Part shown: one piece after another, positions 18,018-26,583 of the stretch
How the letters are laid out: every line of letters begins with the position of its first letter
Numbering within the stretch: the stretch's first letter is position 1
Source of the DNA: a virus
Direction: 5' to 3' (one strand)
Length of the DNA stretch: 40,706 bases
IMG/VR virus record: IMGVR_UViG_3300045988_020170
The notes under the pieces: generated by a model
Told to the model about the DNA's origin: nothing
Database searches by the model: none
The model's input: the letters and a program-made list of their open reading frames with translations, nothing else
Translations under genes and position numbers: made by a program

Positions 18018-18176
18018 ATGGAAAGTATGAAAGAATCTATCGCCCTGATTCGCAATGCTCTGAATCGGGTGCGTGTCTCTGGCAGAGAGGATTGCTACGC
18101 GATTGTAGCGATCAACAATGAGCTAGACAGGATGGAAAAAGCTGTGGAGAAAGCAGCGGAGGGCAAAAATGGCTGA
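18018..18176 (+). CDS. Small hypothetical protein
   Basis: Internal ATG of track ORF 17988..18176, just after the previous stop. Confidence 0.35.
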   Translation: MESMKESIALIRNALNRVRVSGREDCYAIVAINNELDRMEKAVEKAAEGKNG

Positions 18177-18852
18177 TACATACAAGAAAATATCGGACTT
18201 TTCGACGGCCTCTGAGTTTGGCGATACCGACCTGCTTTTGGTTTCGCAGAGCGGCACAACTCGTCTCGTGACCGGTGCGATGCTCAAAACCTTTGCAAAG
18301 AACGCGGGTATCGAGGCGGCGAAGATCAACGGCGCGACGGTGAACACGTCCGGCCATCTGATTCTGACCACAACGGACGGTTCCACAATCGACGCTGGAC
18401 AGGTCAACGGCGATGACGGCGTTTCCGTCACGGGAGCGAGTATCGATTCCAGCTATCACCTGATTCTGACCCTTTCGAACGGGCAAACGATTGACGCAGG
18501 CTATTGTCGCGGCGCAAGCGGCGCAGGAACCGGCGATATGCAGGAAGCCGAATACGACCCGTCCGGAAAAGTAAAGGCCGCAGGCGGCATCCCTGACTAC
18601 GTCAAGGCCACTTATACGGCGGTGACGCTCTTATCTTCCGGATGGAGCAATAAGACCTATTCCCTTGAATCGACCTATCCGAACGCCAGCTACGACATTG
18701 TTGTCAGCGTAGCGCCGAATGCGACGGTCGCACAGTACGACGCGTTTTCCAAGGCAAAGATCTGCGGGAGCGCAACCAGCAATATATTGACGGCGCTCGG
18801 GACTGTTCCGACGGTCAATATTCCAGTCATTGTAAAGGCGGTGAGAAAATGA
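18169..18852 (+). CDS. Tail fibre-like protein
   Basis: N-terminus KKISDFSTASEFGDTDLLLVSQSGTTRLVTG is typical of fibre N-termini. Internal repeat GHLILTTTDGSTIDAG / YHLILTLSNGQTIDAG. Confidence 0.5.
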   Translation: MADTYKKISDFSTASEFGDTDLLLVSQSGTTRLVTGAMLKTFAKNAGIEAAKINGATVNTSGHLILTTTDGSTIDAGQVNGDDGVSVTGASIDSSYHLILTLSNGQTIDAGYCRGASGAGTGDMQEAEYDPSGKVKAAGGIPDYVKATYTAVTLLSSGWSNKTYSLESTYPNASYDIVVSVAPNATVAQYDAFSKAKICGSATSNILTALGTVPTVNIPVIVKAVRK

Positions 18853-19448
18853 GTGTAGAAGTCATGGGCGGCGGCGGAAGCGCCAACCTTCAGAGCAAAT
18901 CCATTCTTCCGCCTTCTCTTCCGTACACGGCCAATCCGGACAGTGGATATGACGGCTTTTCCGCCCTGACAGTGCAGAAACCGAGCGCGCTGATTGCCTC
19001 AAATATCAAGAGCGGAGTAAGTATTTTTGGCGTCAGCGGCACATATGAAGGTGATTCTGCCACTTCCGCTAAGCAAATCGTAGAGTCGTCCCCAAGTTCT
19101 TTTTCACAAGCCAGCCTTACCGTACCTGTTCCATCATCCGCGAAAAAAATTAACGGGATTTCTTTTTACTTTTCGGATTCACAGGGGGGCTATGCAAGCC
19201 CCGAAACTCCGGTTGCTATGGCCTGTGCTGTACTTGTCCTTGAAGCACCAGTTTCAGTTGGCCAAACCGTTACTGTTCCGACAGCGTATGAGGTATACGG
19301 TGGGCGCAATTCAAACACTGGGTATGCACTGTATCTAGTTGAAAATAGCATTACGGTTGCTTTTACAGAAGGATCTATCGTTGTAAATGCTGTCAAAGGC
19401 GCAAATTTTGGGCGAGGCTATTACACATTCGCTCTCGGTCTTGGATGA
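18849..19448 (+). CDS. Tail/baseplate-associated hypothetical protein
   Basis: ORF track, 199 aa. ATGA overlap. Confidence 0.4.
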   Translation: MSVEVMGGGGSANLQSKSILPPSLPYTANPDSGYDGFSALTVQKPSALIASNIKSGVSIFGVSGTYEGDSATSAKQIVESSPSSFSQASLTVPVPSSAKKINGISFYFSDSQGGYASPETPVAMACAVLVLEAPVSVGQTVTVPTAYEVYGGRNSNTGYALYLVENSITVAFTEGSIVVNAVKGANFGRGYYTFALGLG

Positions 19449-19466
19449 CAGGAGAAGGGAGAAATA

Positions 19467-19787
19467 ATGAGCCTGAAAATCATGCAAGGCGACCAGTACG
19501 CCATTGTATTTACTGGGACGCAGGACGGCGCGCCGCTCGACTTATCCAAAATCGAGATGATCGAGTTCATCGTTGGGAAGCTGCGCAAGGTGTATCCCGG
19601 AGAGGTCGCGACGGACACAGACGGAAACTTCCTGTTCCCGCTGACGCAGGAGGAAACCTTTCAGTTCAAAAGCGCTTCTCAGGCCGTCCAGATTCGCATC
19701 AAATTCGCCGGCGCGGAGCCGGTGGTCATCGGCACCAGCATCGAGGGCATCCGCGTGAGCGATTCCATCAGTAAGGTGGTGTTGTGA
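19467..19787 (+). CDS. Hypothetical structural-module protein
   Basis: ORF track, 106 aa. GGAGAAGGGAG RBS. Confidence 0.45.
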   Translation: MSLKIMQGDQYAIVFTGTQDGAPLDLSKIEMIEFIVGKLRKVYPGEVATDTDGNFLFPLTQEETFQFKSASQAVQIRIKFAGAEPVVIGTSIEGIRVSDSISKVVL

Positions 19788-19981
19788 TGGCAATCCGGTT
19801 TGACATCGGCGGGAAGCCGAGCATCCAATTCAGCCTGCCGCCCTTTCGGGTGACACCCGGCGGCAGTGGCGGCGGCAACGTCTCATCCGCGCAGATCAAC
19901 ACCATTGTAGTCCTCGACCGGGCGGAATATGACGCGCTGGACGTCAAGGACGTAAAGACACTGTATCTGATTCGGGGGTGA
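19784..19981 (+). CDS. Hypothetical protein
   Basis: ORF track, 65 aa. Overlapping start. Confidence 0.35.
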   Translation: MMAIRFDIGGKPSIQFSLPPFRVTPGGSGGGNVSSAQINTIVVLDRAEYDALDVKDVKTLYLIRG

Positions 19982-19985
19982 CGGA

Positions 19986-20129
19986 ATGATCACAGTCGGA
20001 GAAGAACAGATCAAGGAGTTGTTTGTCGGTGAGATGGGCATCAAGAATGCCTGCATCGGCGAAGAACCCATCTATACCCGCCCGGGCGGATATTTATACA
20101 TCGAACTGAGTGAAAAGAAAGGGGCATAA
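19986..20129 (+). CDS. Small hypothetical protein (47 aa, not in track)
   Basis: Manual translation MITVGEEQIKELFVGEMGIKNACIGEEPIYTRPGGYLYIELSEKKGA. It fills an otherwise empty gap. Confidence 0.3.
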   Translation: MITVGEEQIKELFVGEMGIKNACIGEEPIYTRPGGYLYIELSEKKGA

Positions 20130-20132
20130 CCT

Positions 20133-20795
20133 ATGGCAAGTTTTTTCAATCTAATTCTTGATACGCTTGCACCGTCTGGGTTGACACTGAAGCTCAACAA
20201 CGGCGCGACGTATGCAACCAGCAACACCGTCACCGCAACGATCACGCTGACGGATGAAACCAAGACCGGCTACCAAATGAAGCTCTGGGGCATCAAGGCA
20301 GCGGCAACGGAAGAGGACGCATCGTGGGAGACCTTCGCGGCCAGCAAGTCTATCGTTCTGACGGAAGGCGATGGCCTGAAAACCGTACATATCAAGGTGC
20401 GGGATGACGTCGGCAACGAAACGGCTGCAGTCACAGCTTCTATCACGGTCAACACAGCAGTTCCGGTGGTCACGATCACTGGCCCAGACAAGACCAGGAT
20501 CTCCAAAGTCTCCGGCTTCGACACCTGCGCATTCTCCTTCACATCCGATGTGGACTTCGAGGAGTACACTGTGCGTGTCGTGCCGAGCACCAGCAGCCTC
20601 CACGACGCCGGTACGCAGATCCCGACCACTGGCGGCTCCACAAACACCTCCGGCAGCAAGGGTGGCTACAAGAAGGCCACAGCGATTGATGTCACCATCA
20701 AGGGCGCGGACCTTGCGACGGCATCCTCCGGCGACGGCACGAAGATCATCAAGGTCTTTGTCAAGAACGCCGCCGGGACTTGGAGCGTGGCATAA
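20133..20795 (+). CDS. Tail appendage protein with two Ig-like modules
   Basis: MASFFNLILDTLAPSGLTL N-terminus. The second half is paralogous to the next gene. Confidence 0.45.
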   Translation: MASFFNLILDTLAPSGLTLKLNNGATYATSNTVTATITLTDETKTGYQMKLWGIKAAATEEDASWETFAASKSIVLTEGDGLKTVHIKVRDDVGNETAAVTASITVNTAVPVVTITGPDKTRISKVSGFDTCAFSFTSDVDFEEYTVRVVPSTSSLHDAGTQIPTTGGSTNTSGSKGGYKKATAIDVTIKGADLATASSGDGTKIIKVFVKNAAGTWSVA

Positions 20796-21172
20796 TGGCC
20801 GCGCCGGGACTGACGTTCACCATCACGGGGAATAAGATTTCGGCAGTCTCCGGTTTCGATTCCATCACCGTCAAGTTCTCGTCGGACATAGCCTACACGG
20901 CCTTTGAGTGCCGCGCGACGAAAACCGGCGAGGACTGGGGGCGCGGGAAAGGGGCGCTCATTGCGTCCTTTTCCCAGACCCCTGCGGGGACGGAGCGAAC
21001 CTTCGAGGTCTACGACGATTTTCTCCTGCATGGTGACGGAGAATATCGAATCTCCCTATACGCACAGGGCGCGGACGGAAGCTGGAATGATAACTATGGT
21101 TTTGTGCCGTCCGGCACGACAAAGACCATGCTGACGGCAGACGGCAAGGAATTTCTTTGCATGAAGGAGTGA
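20795..21172 (+). CDS. Tail appendage protein (single module, paralog of 20133..20795 C-terminal half)
   Basis: ITGNKISAVSGFDSITVKFSSDIAYTAFECRA compared with ITGPDKTRISKVSGFDTCAFSFTSDVDFEEYTVRV. The ATG overlaps the previous stop. Confidence 0.45.
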   Translation: MAAPGLTFTITGNKISAVSGFDSITVKFSSDIAYTAFECRATKTGEDWGRGKGALIASFSQTPAGTERTFEVYDDFLLHGDGEYRISLYAQGADGSWNDNYGFVPSGTTKTMLTADGKEFLCMKE

Positions 21173-21176
21173 TTTT

Positions 21177-21374
21177 ATGGCAGACCAGTACAACAGTGCG
21201 CACACCGGCGCAGATATCGATCAGGCGGTGTCTGACGTCCAGAACAACAAGGTCGCATGGAGCGCGAAGGAGCTGCCCGCGGTCACTGCTTCGGACAATG
21301 GAAAATTCCTGCGTGTTGTGTCCGGTGCATGGGCGGCTGTAAAGATCGCAAATGCGAATGGAGGTAGCTTCTGA
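21177..21374 (+). CDS. Small tail-module protein
   Basis: ORF track, 65 aa. GAAGGAG RBS. Confidence 0.4.
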   Translation: MADQYNSAHTGADIDQAVSDVQNNKVAWSAKELPAVTASDNGKFLRVVSGAWAAVKIANANGGSF

Positions 21375-22519
21375 TGGCGGAGCTTTTGACAAACACAACC
21401 GACCTGACAAAGGTTGCATCAGCTATCCGGGAGAAGGGCGGCACATCTGACCCACTGGTCTACCCGGATGGATTTGTGACAGCCATTCAGGCCATTCAGA
21501 CCGGTACAGAGCTACAAATCATCGTGTCTGTGACCTCGGGCGCAACTGTTACCGCGACGAAAGGAAGCAAGGTCGTGAGCGGCACAGCCGTCAACGGAAC
21601 GTGTACGCTGACCGTGCCGGAGGCCGGTACATGGAGCGTCAAGGCCACGCTGAGCGGACAAACGTCCGATACGAAAAGCGTCACATTTACTGATAGCTAC
21701 GCGCTGTCGCTCTCTTTTGCTTCGGCTGTGCTGAATGACAACGATTGGTCGAAAATCAAATCGGTTTCCGACGCTGGACAGGGCGCGAACTATTGGAGCA
21801 TTGGCGACTGCAAGGAAATCACGCTAAACGGCACGGTTGGCGCGCTGACACTGTCTAACTTCACGACGTATGCGTTCATCATCGGATTCAATCACAATGC
21901 CAGCCTTGAGGGCGCAAACCGCATCCATTTTCAGTTTGCAAAGACCGCGCTCTCCGGCGGTACGGACGTGTGTTTCTGCGATAATCAATATGCCCCGGAT
22001 AACGGATGGTCGTCCCCGGGTGCGGGCTATTTCGTTATGAACGCGAGCAACACCAACTCCGGCGGATGGAAAAGCTCGCAAATGCGTACAAACATTTGCG
22101 GGACGAGCCTCTCGAGCTATTCCGGGACGATTATCGCAGTCATTCCGGCGGCGCTCCGTGCCATCCTCAAGTCCGTTACAAAGTACACGGACAATACGGC
22201 AAACGGCGGCGGCTCGACGGCGAGCTACGTCACGGCGACGACGGATTACTTTTTCCTCCTCTCGGAGTTTGAGGTTTTCGGGAGCATTTCCTACGCAAAC
22301 GGCAACGAGAAGAATAAACAAGCGCAGTACGCCTATTATTCCGCCGGGAATAGCAAAATCAAGTACAAGCACAACGGAACGACGACCGCCGCTTTTTGGT
22401 GGCTCCGTTCTCCGGGTGCGAGCTACTCCAACCGTTTCGTGGTTGTGAACACCGACGGGACAGTCTACGCCACCGGCGCGCACTATTCCCTCGGCTTCGC
22501 GCCCGGCTTTTGTGTATAG
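21374..22519 (+). CDS. Putative receptor-binding tail protein
   Basis: 381 aa, last large gene of the tail module. C-terminal block DYFFLLSEFEVFG ... FWWLRSPG ... GFAPGFCV resembles a surface-protein domain common in gut Firmicutes. Confidence 0.45.
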   Translation: MAELLTNTTDLTKVASAIREKGGTSDPLVYPDGFVTAIQAIQTGTELQIIVSVTSGATVTATKGSKVVSGTAVNGTCTLTVPEAGTWSVKATLSGQTSDTKSVTFTDSYALSLSFASAVLNDNDWSKIKSVSDAGQGANYWSIGDCKEITLNGTVGALTLSNFTTYAFIIGFNHNASLEGANRIHFQFAKTALSGGTDVCFCDNQYAPDNGWSSPGAGYFVMNASNTNSGGWKSSQMRTNICGTSLSSYSGTIIAVIPAALRAILKSVTKYTDNTANGGGSTASYVTATTDYFFLLSEFEVFGSISYANGNEKNKQAQYAYYSAGNSKIKYKHNGTTTAAFWWLRSPGASYSNRFVVVNTDGTVYATGAHYSLGFAPGFCV

Positions 22520-22527
22520 GAGGAAAT

Positions 22528-22896
22528 ATGGACTATACCACCTATAAGCGATTTAAGGGCAAATCCATCTCTGGTGAGGTCAATATCCCATACGGAACAG
22601 TCTTACAGGAACGAGGTGGGTTCCTCTATATCGGAGAAAAGCCAATCTGCTGCGTGATGAGCGAAAACGGCTGGAATCATTTTCGACCACTGACCGATGA
22701 GGGCAAATACCGGCAAGAGATACTGGAAAAGCTCTACCACTGGTATGAAAAGCACGGATGCGGCGAGGACTTTGTAGACGAATTGTGGCCGGGACAGGAG
22801 AACGGATACTGGAAGAATCGGCTGCGGACGGCAAGCACAGAGCGATTGGAGAAAATCTATCAAGAGAAATTTGGAGGGGCACCATGTATGCAGTAA
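22528..22896 (+). CDS. Hypothetical protein
   Basis: Internal ATG after TAGGAGGA. 122 aa. Confidence 0.45.
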   Translation: MDYTTYKRFKGKSISGEVNIPYGTVLQERGGFLYIGEKPICCVMSENGWNHFRPLTDEGKYRQEILEKLYHWYEKHGCGEDFVDELWPGQENGYWKNRLRTASTERLEKIYQEKFGGAPCMQ

Positions 22897-23195
22897 AGAA
22901 GGACGGCGCATTTGCCGGGTATGCGGACAGCATCGTATTGATCCGGCTGCACAGCAACGGATGCTATGTACCGTGCAAGGAAGATCAGGCCGAGGGCTTT
23001 TGTGCGAAGATGGCCGTGACGATGACCGACGAGGATGGGAAGGCGTATCAAGCACTTTCTGACACGGTGTTCCGACTAGCGGGCAAGTTGCTGAAAGGCG
23101 CCGAGCCGGAAGGCAGCTATGAGGAAATGGGTGCGGCATTGCCACTCACAGATGCAGAAACAGCGGCGAAAATTTTACTTGGGGAGGCGAAATGA
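22884..23195 (+). CDS. Hypothetical protein
   Basis: Internal ATG after GGAGGGG. 103 aa. Confidence 0.4.
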   Translation: MYAVKKDGAFAGYADSIVLIRLHSNGCYVPCKEDQAEGFCAKMAVTMTDEDGKAYQALSDTVFRLAGKLLKGAEPEGSYEEMGAALPLTDAETAAKILLGEAK

Positions 23196-23629
23196 TGACC
23201 TACACAGAAAGGGCCAGAGCATTGCGCCCCTATATCGTCAAGGCTTCGGCCAGCCTGACGGATGCGGACGCCGTGAAGGCAAAGGAGCTGTATGACCGCT
23301 GGACGGCAGGAATGTCCGTGGAGGTCAACGACCGGCTGGTCTATGCAGACAGGCTCTATCGCGTGACACAGGCCCACACGACACAGGAGGGCTGGGAGCC
23401 GGACAAAGTCCCGGCGCTGTTTACCGTCATCGACGAGACCCACGCGGGCACACAGGACGACCCCATCCCCGCCGCAAAAGGCATGGAGTACACCTACGGC
23501 CTGTATTACACCGATCCGGAGGACGGCAAGCTCTACCGCTGCGAACGGACGGGCGAGCAGCCGGGCGGCAAGGTGACGCTTCAGTTCCTGCCTCATGAGC
23601 TGGTGGGGCTGTATTTTACCGAAGTATAA
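23192..23629 (+). CDS. Protein with a carbohydrate-binding-like motif
   Basis: YRVTQAHTTQEGWEPDKVPALF resembles the CBM5/12-type aromatic motif. Sits between the tail and lysis modules. Confidence 0.35.
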   Translation: MMTYTERARALRPYIVKASASLTDADAVKAKELYDRWTAGMSVEVNDRLVYADRLYRVTQAHTTQEGWEPDKVPALFTVIDETHAGTQDDPIPAAKGMEYTYGLYYTDPEDGKLYRCERTGEQPGGKVTLQFLPHELVGLYFTEV

Positions 23630-23642
23630 AGGAGAAAGAGAA

Positions 23643-23978
23643 ATGGATGCAACCACGATCATTGTAGCGATCCTCGGCTCGTCTGCGCTGACGACCGTCG
23701 TTCAGGCAATCGTCAGCGCGATCCAGAAGAAGAAAGGCAAGGGCGACGCGCAGAGTGCCCACCTGAAGGCCATCGACGAGAAGATCGACAAGATCACGAG
23801 ATTGCAGGATGAGCAGTATTTAAGCATCCTGCGCCTCACGATCATGTCGGACGAGATGCCCATGTCGGAGAGGCTGATTGCCGGGAAGAAGTACGTCAAT
23901 CGCGGCGGCAATGGGGATGTCAAAAAGGCGCTCCATAAGCTCGAAGAGCAGTGCGAGGCCGGGCGGCATGAAAGTTAA
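23643..23978 (+). CDS. Single-pass membrane protein (lysis-cassette associated)
   Basis: N-terminal TM segment TTIIVAILGSSALTTVVQAIVSAI. AAAGGAGAAAG RBS. Confidence 0.45.
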   Translation: MDATTIIVAILGSSALTTVVQAIVSAIQKKKGKGDAQSAHLKAIDEKIDKITRLQDEQYLSILRLTIMSDEMPMSERLIAGKKYVNRGGNGDVKKALHKLEEQCEAGRHES

Positions 23979-24231
23979 TTACACAAAGACGGCGCTGGCG
24001 CTCATTATCACGGTTGCGGTCGTGCTGATCGTGCTGTGCGCCTGCGGCCTTCCGGTGGTGGAGGTCACGATTGCGTGGATCGGCTTGCTGGCGACGGCGC
24101 TCGGCGTCTACCAGTGGAAAACGAAAAATGAAAACCGCGCGAAGTACGCGCAGAAATTCATGGACGAATGGGCCGAGAAATACGGCCCGGACTCCGTGGC
24201 TCAGATCATGGAAATTGTGTTGAAGGACTGA
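23968..24231 (+). CDS. Two-TM membrane protein (holin-like candidate)
   Basis: ALALIITVAVVLIVLCACGL and IAWIGLLATALGVY hydrophobic segments. 87 aa. Confidence 0.4.
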   Translation: MKVNYTKTALALIITVAVVLIVLCACGLPVVEVTIAWIGLLATALGVYQWKTKNENRAKYAQKFMDEWAEKYGPDSVAQIMEIVLKD

Positions 24232-24246
24232 AAGGAACAAAACGAT

Positions 24247-24432
24247 ATGAGAGAACTGAACGCCTGCCCGTTATGTGGGTATTTCCCAGTGCTGAAACAA
24301 GTCGGAGACGATAAAAATCTCTTGGTGTACCAATGCGCACATTGTGGCTACATTGCCGCGAAAAACCATGAGGCAAAATACACAAAATCCGGCGCCATGA
24401 AAGTTTGGAACAAAGGGACGGAAAAAGCATAA
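24247..24432 (+). CDS. Lar-family-like zinc-ribbon protein
   Basis: LNACPLCG ... YQCAHCG ... AMKVWNKG matches the Lar pattern CPFCG...C..CG...A..WN. Confidence 0.45.
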   Translation: MRELNACPLCGYFPVLKQVGDDKNLLVYQCAHCGYIAAKNHEAKYTKSGAMKVWNKGTEKA

Positions 24433-24449
24433 TGAAGGGAGTACATAAC

Positions 24450-24674
24450 ATGGACAAAATTATGAAACGGCTTTCGAATCTGCTGAGCGTGAAGTCGCTG
24501 GTGACGCTGCTGCTGACGGTGGTGTTCACGGTGCTGGCGCTGCGGGGTGATATCACAGGGAAAGACTTCTTGACGATCTTCCTGATGGTCATCACGTTCT
24601 ATTTCGGGACGCAGAGCCAGAAGGCGCAGGACGCGATGGACGCGAAGGGTGACGACAATGGCACTGAAAATTAA
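24450..24674 (+). CDS. Holin
   Basis: 74 aa, two TM segments and a charged C-terminus. Lies immediately upstream of, and overlaps, the endolysin gene. GAAGGGAG RBS. Confidence 0.65.
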   Translation: MDKIMKRLSNLLSVKSLVTLLLTVVFTVLALRGDITGKDFLTIFLMVITFYFGTQSQKAQDAMDAKGDDNGTEN

Positions 24675-25338
24675 CGATACCATCCGGGCAACGAGAGTGG
24701 GCGGCAGACGTCCGCTCTCAGCCATCCGGGCCATCGTGTTCCACTACACGGCCAATACCGGTCTGCACGCGACGGCGCTCGGCAATGCCAGGTATTTTGC
24801 AAACGGCTCCGAGGGACGCGCTGCTTCGGCACATTTCGTGGTAGACGAGGGCAATACCGTTTATCAGTGTGTGCCACTGGACGTGGTGGCCTGGGCCGTG
24901 GGCGACGGCAGGAGCGGCAAATTCGGCAAGGTGTATAGCAACTACAACACGGTATCTATCGAGATGGTGAGCCACACGGACGCTTCTGGCAAGTATTACA
25001 TCCCGGAGGCGACGATGCGCAACGCTGCGCGGCTTTATCAAATGCTGCTGAAGCAGCTTCCGGGCGTGCAGGCCGCGATCCGGCACTACGACATTTCGAT
25101 GAAGCTGTGTCCGCTGCCGCTGATTGACGAAAAGAAATGGGCGGACTTTAAGAAGCTCTTGGAGGAGGTGGATGAGGTGATCACGAAATCGAAGATGATC
25201 ATAGACGGCAAGGAGATCGAGGTCGAACGCATTTTGAAGGACGGCACGAATTACATCAAGATCAGAGATATTGCAAAGGCGCTGGATCTCGAAGTTAGTA
25301 ATAAAGGGAACATTCCCATTCTGAATCATAAGCAGTAG
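24658..25338 (+). CDS. Endolysin: N-acetylmuramoyl-L-alanine amidase (Amidase_2/PGRP type) with a C-terminal wall-binding domain
   Basis: AIVFHYTANTG...ASAHFVVDEG..VYQCVPLDVVAWAVGDG are amidase_2 motifs. The C-terminal IIDGKEIEVERILKDGTNYIKIRDIAKAL is like a copper-amine-oxidase-N-type domain. Confidence 0.85.
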   Translation: MALKINDTIRATRVGGRRPLSAIRAIVFHYTANTGLHATALGNARYFANGSEGRAASAHFVVDEGNTVYQCVPLDVVAWAVGDGRSGKFGKVYSNYNTVSIEMVSHTDASGKYYIPEATMRNAARLYQMLLKQLPGVQAAIRHYDISMKLCPLPLIDEKKWADFKKLLEEVDEVITKSKMIIDGKEIEVERILKDGTNYIKIRDIAKALDLEVSNKGNIPILNHKQ

Positions 25339-25363
25339 CGCCCCGTGTGCCGCGCCACCCGGA

Positions 25364-25630
25364 TTGGAGGTGGTGACGATCAGCGCGAGGGTGCGGATTC
25401 CGGAAGACTTGACCGGCCTGCTGCAAGGCGAGTGGGAGCAAATTATTGAGCAGGCAGGTTACAGTGAGCAGGACGCGGAGATCGTCCGGCGCTATGTCAT
25501 GGACAAGACACCGCAGATCGACGTCGCGGTGGAGCTGGACATGGCGCGCAGTACGATCACCCGCAGACTGCCGCAAATCTACGCACGAGCGCGGCACACG
25601 GCAGCGAAGCTGCAAATGATAAGTGAGTAA
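25364..25630 (+). CDS. Small sigma-r4/HTH-like protein (start uncertain)
   Basis: IVRRYVMDKTPQIDVAVELDMARSTITRRLPQIYARARH is an HTH. Only non-ATG starts are available for the full ORF. Confidence 0.4.
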   Translation: MEVVTISARVRIPEDLTGLLQGEWEQIIEQAGYSEQDAEIVRRYVMDKTPQIDVAVELDMARSTITRRLPQIYARARHTAAKLQMISE

Positions 25631-25656
25631 TACAAGAGATTGTGACGGTACAAAAC

Positions 25657-25695
25657 CCCCCGGCAGGAGTGATCCTGTCGGGGGTGGTTTATATT
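25657..25695 (+). terminator. Rho-independent terminator closing the late operon
   Basis: cccccggcagg-agtgat-cctgtcggggg (11 bp with one G-U pair) followed by tggtttatatttc. Confidence 0.75.
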
Positions 25696-25776
25696 TCGCT
25701 ACATATTGCATATTTCGACGCTTTGTTGTAAACTATGTATTATAATTTCCAGTGACTATTTTGGTTGGAGATAAAG

Positions 25777-26583
25777 ATGGAGTATATTTTATATTGCGAC
25801 GAGTCCAGCAGCGAAGGGCCGAAGTATAGTGATTTCTTTGGAGGCTGCATCATAAACAGTGCTGATTTGAAAAACGTTGAAAGCGCATTAAACGCGAAGA
25901 AGGATGAATTGAATCTGCACGGAGAGATCAAGTGGACAAAGGTGACGGCGCAGTATCTCGAAAAATATATTGCTATGGTCGATTTGTTTTTTGATTTCAT
26001 CCGTGATGGAAAAGTCAAAGTCAGGATCATGTTCCGAAACAATGAGGACAAGCCATCGAACTATCATGATCGACATAGCAACGACGACAAATACTTCAAA
26101 TTATATTATCAGTTTTTGAAAAATGCGTTTGGCCTGAAGAATATTCCAGAAGAACTCGGGGATGTGTATATTCGTGTTTATTTAGACCAGCTACCAGATA
26201 CAAAAGAAAAATGTGACGAGTTCAAAGCATTTGTTCGAAATCTTCCGAACATCCACGATTTTGAAGATGTGCGTGGGAGAATACATATCCGGGATGGGGA
26301 TGTGGTAGACGTCTGTTCGCATAAACATATTTTGCTGCAATGCACAGATATTGTGTTGGGTGCTATGTATTTTCGCCTTAACGGATTGCATTTGGAAAAG
26401 CCGGAGAATAGCCGGACAAGAGGAAAACGCACGATCGCCAAAGAAAAACTATACAAGCACATCAACGCGAGAATTTGCGAACTGCTTCCGGGCTTTAACA
26501 TTGGTGTGTCCACGGGGGATCGAGGTTATGAAAATCCAAAATGGGAGTTGCCATATAAACATTGGAAGTTTATACCCAGATAA
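25777..26583 (+). CDS. DUF3800-like protein (function unknown)
   Basis: N-terminal MEYILYCDESS and C-terminal LLQCTDIVLGAMY match the two conserved DUF3800 blocks as I remember them. ATG follows GGAG. The gene is visibly more AT-rich than its neighbours. Confidence 0.6.
   Translation: MEYILYCDESSSEGPKYSDFFGGCIINSADLKNVESALNAKKDELNLHGEIKWTKVTAQYLEKYIAMVDLFFDFIRDGKVKVRIMFRNNEDKPSNYHDRHSNDDKYFKLYYQFLKNAFGLKNIPEELGDVYIRVYLDQLPDTKEKCDEFKAFVRNLPNIHDFEDVRGRIHIRDGDVVDVCSHKHILLQCTDIVLGAMYFRLNGLHLEKPENSRTRGKRTIAKEKLYKHINARICELLPGFNIGVSTGDRGYENPKWELPYKHWKFIPR

Noticed and set aside
21374-22519. Diversity-generating retroelement targeting the receptor-binding gene
   Set aside because: No reverse transcriptase ORF anywhere in the window, and I noticed no template/variable repeat pair.
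25741-25746. Full sigma-70 promoter for the DUF3800 gene
   Set aside because: A perfect TATAAT box is present, but I could not find a convincing -35 or TG extension at proper spacing. Only the -10 element is mentioned, inside the finding.
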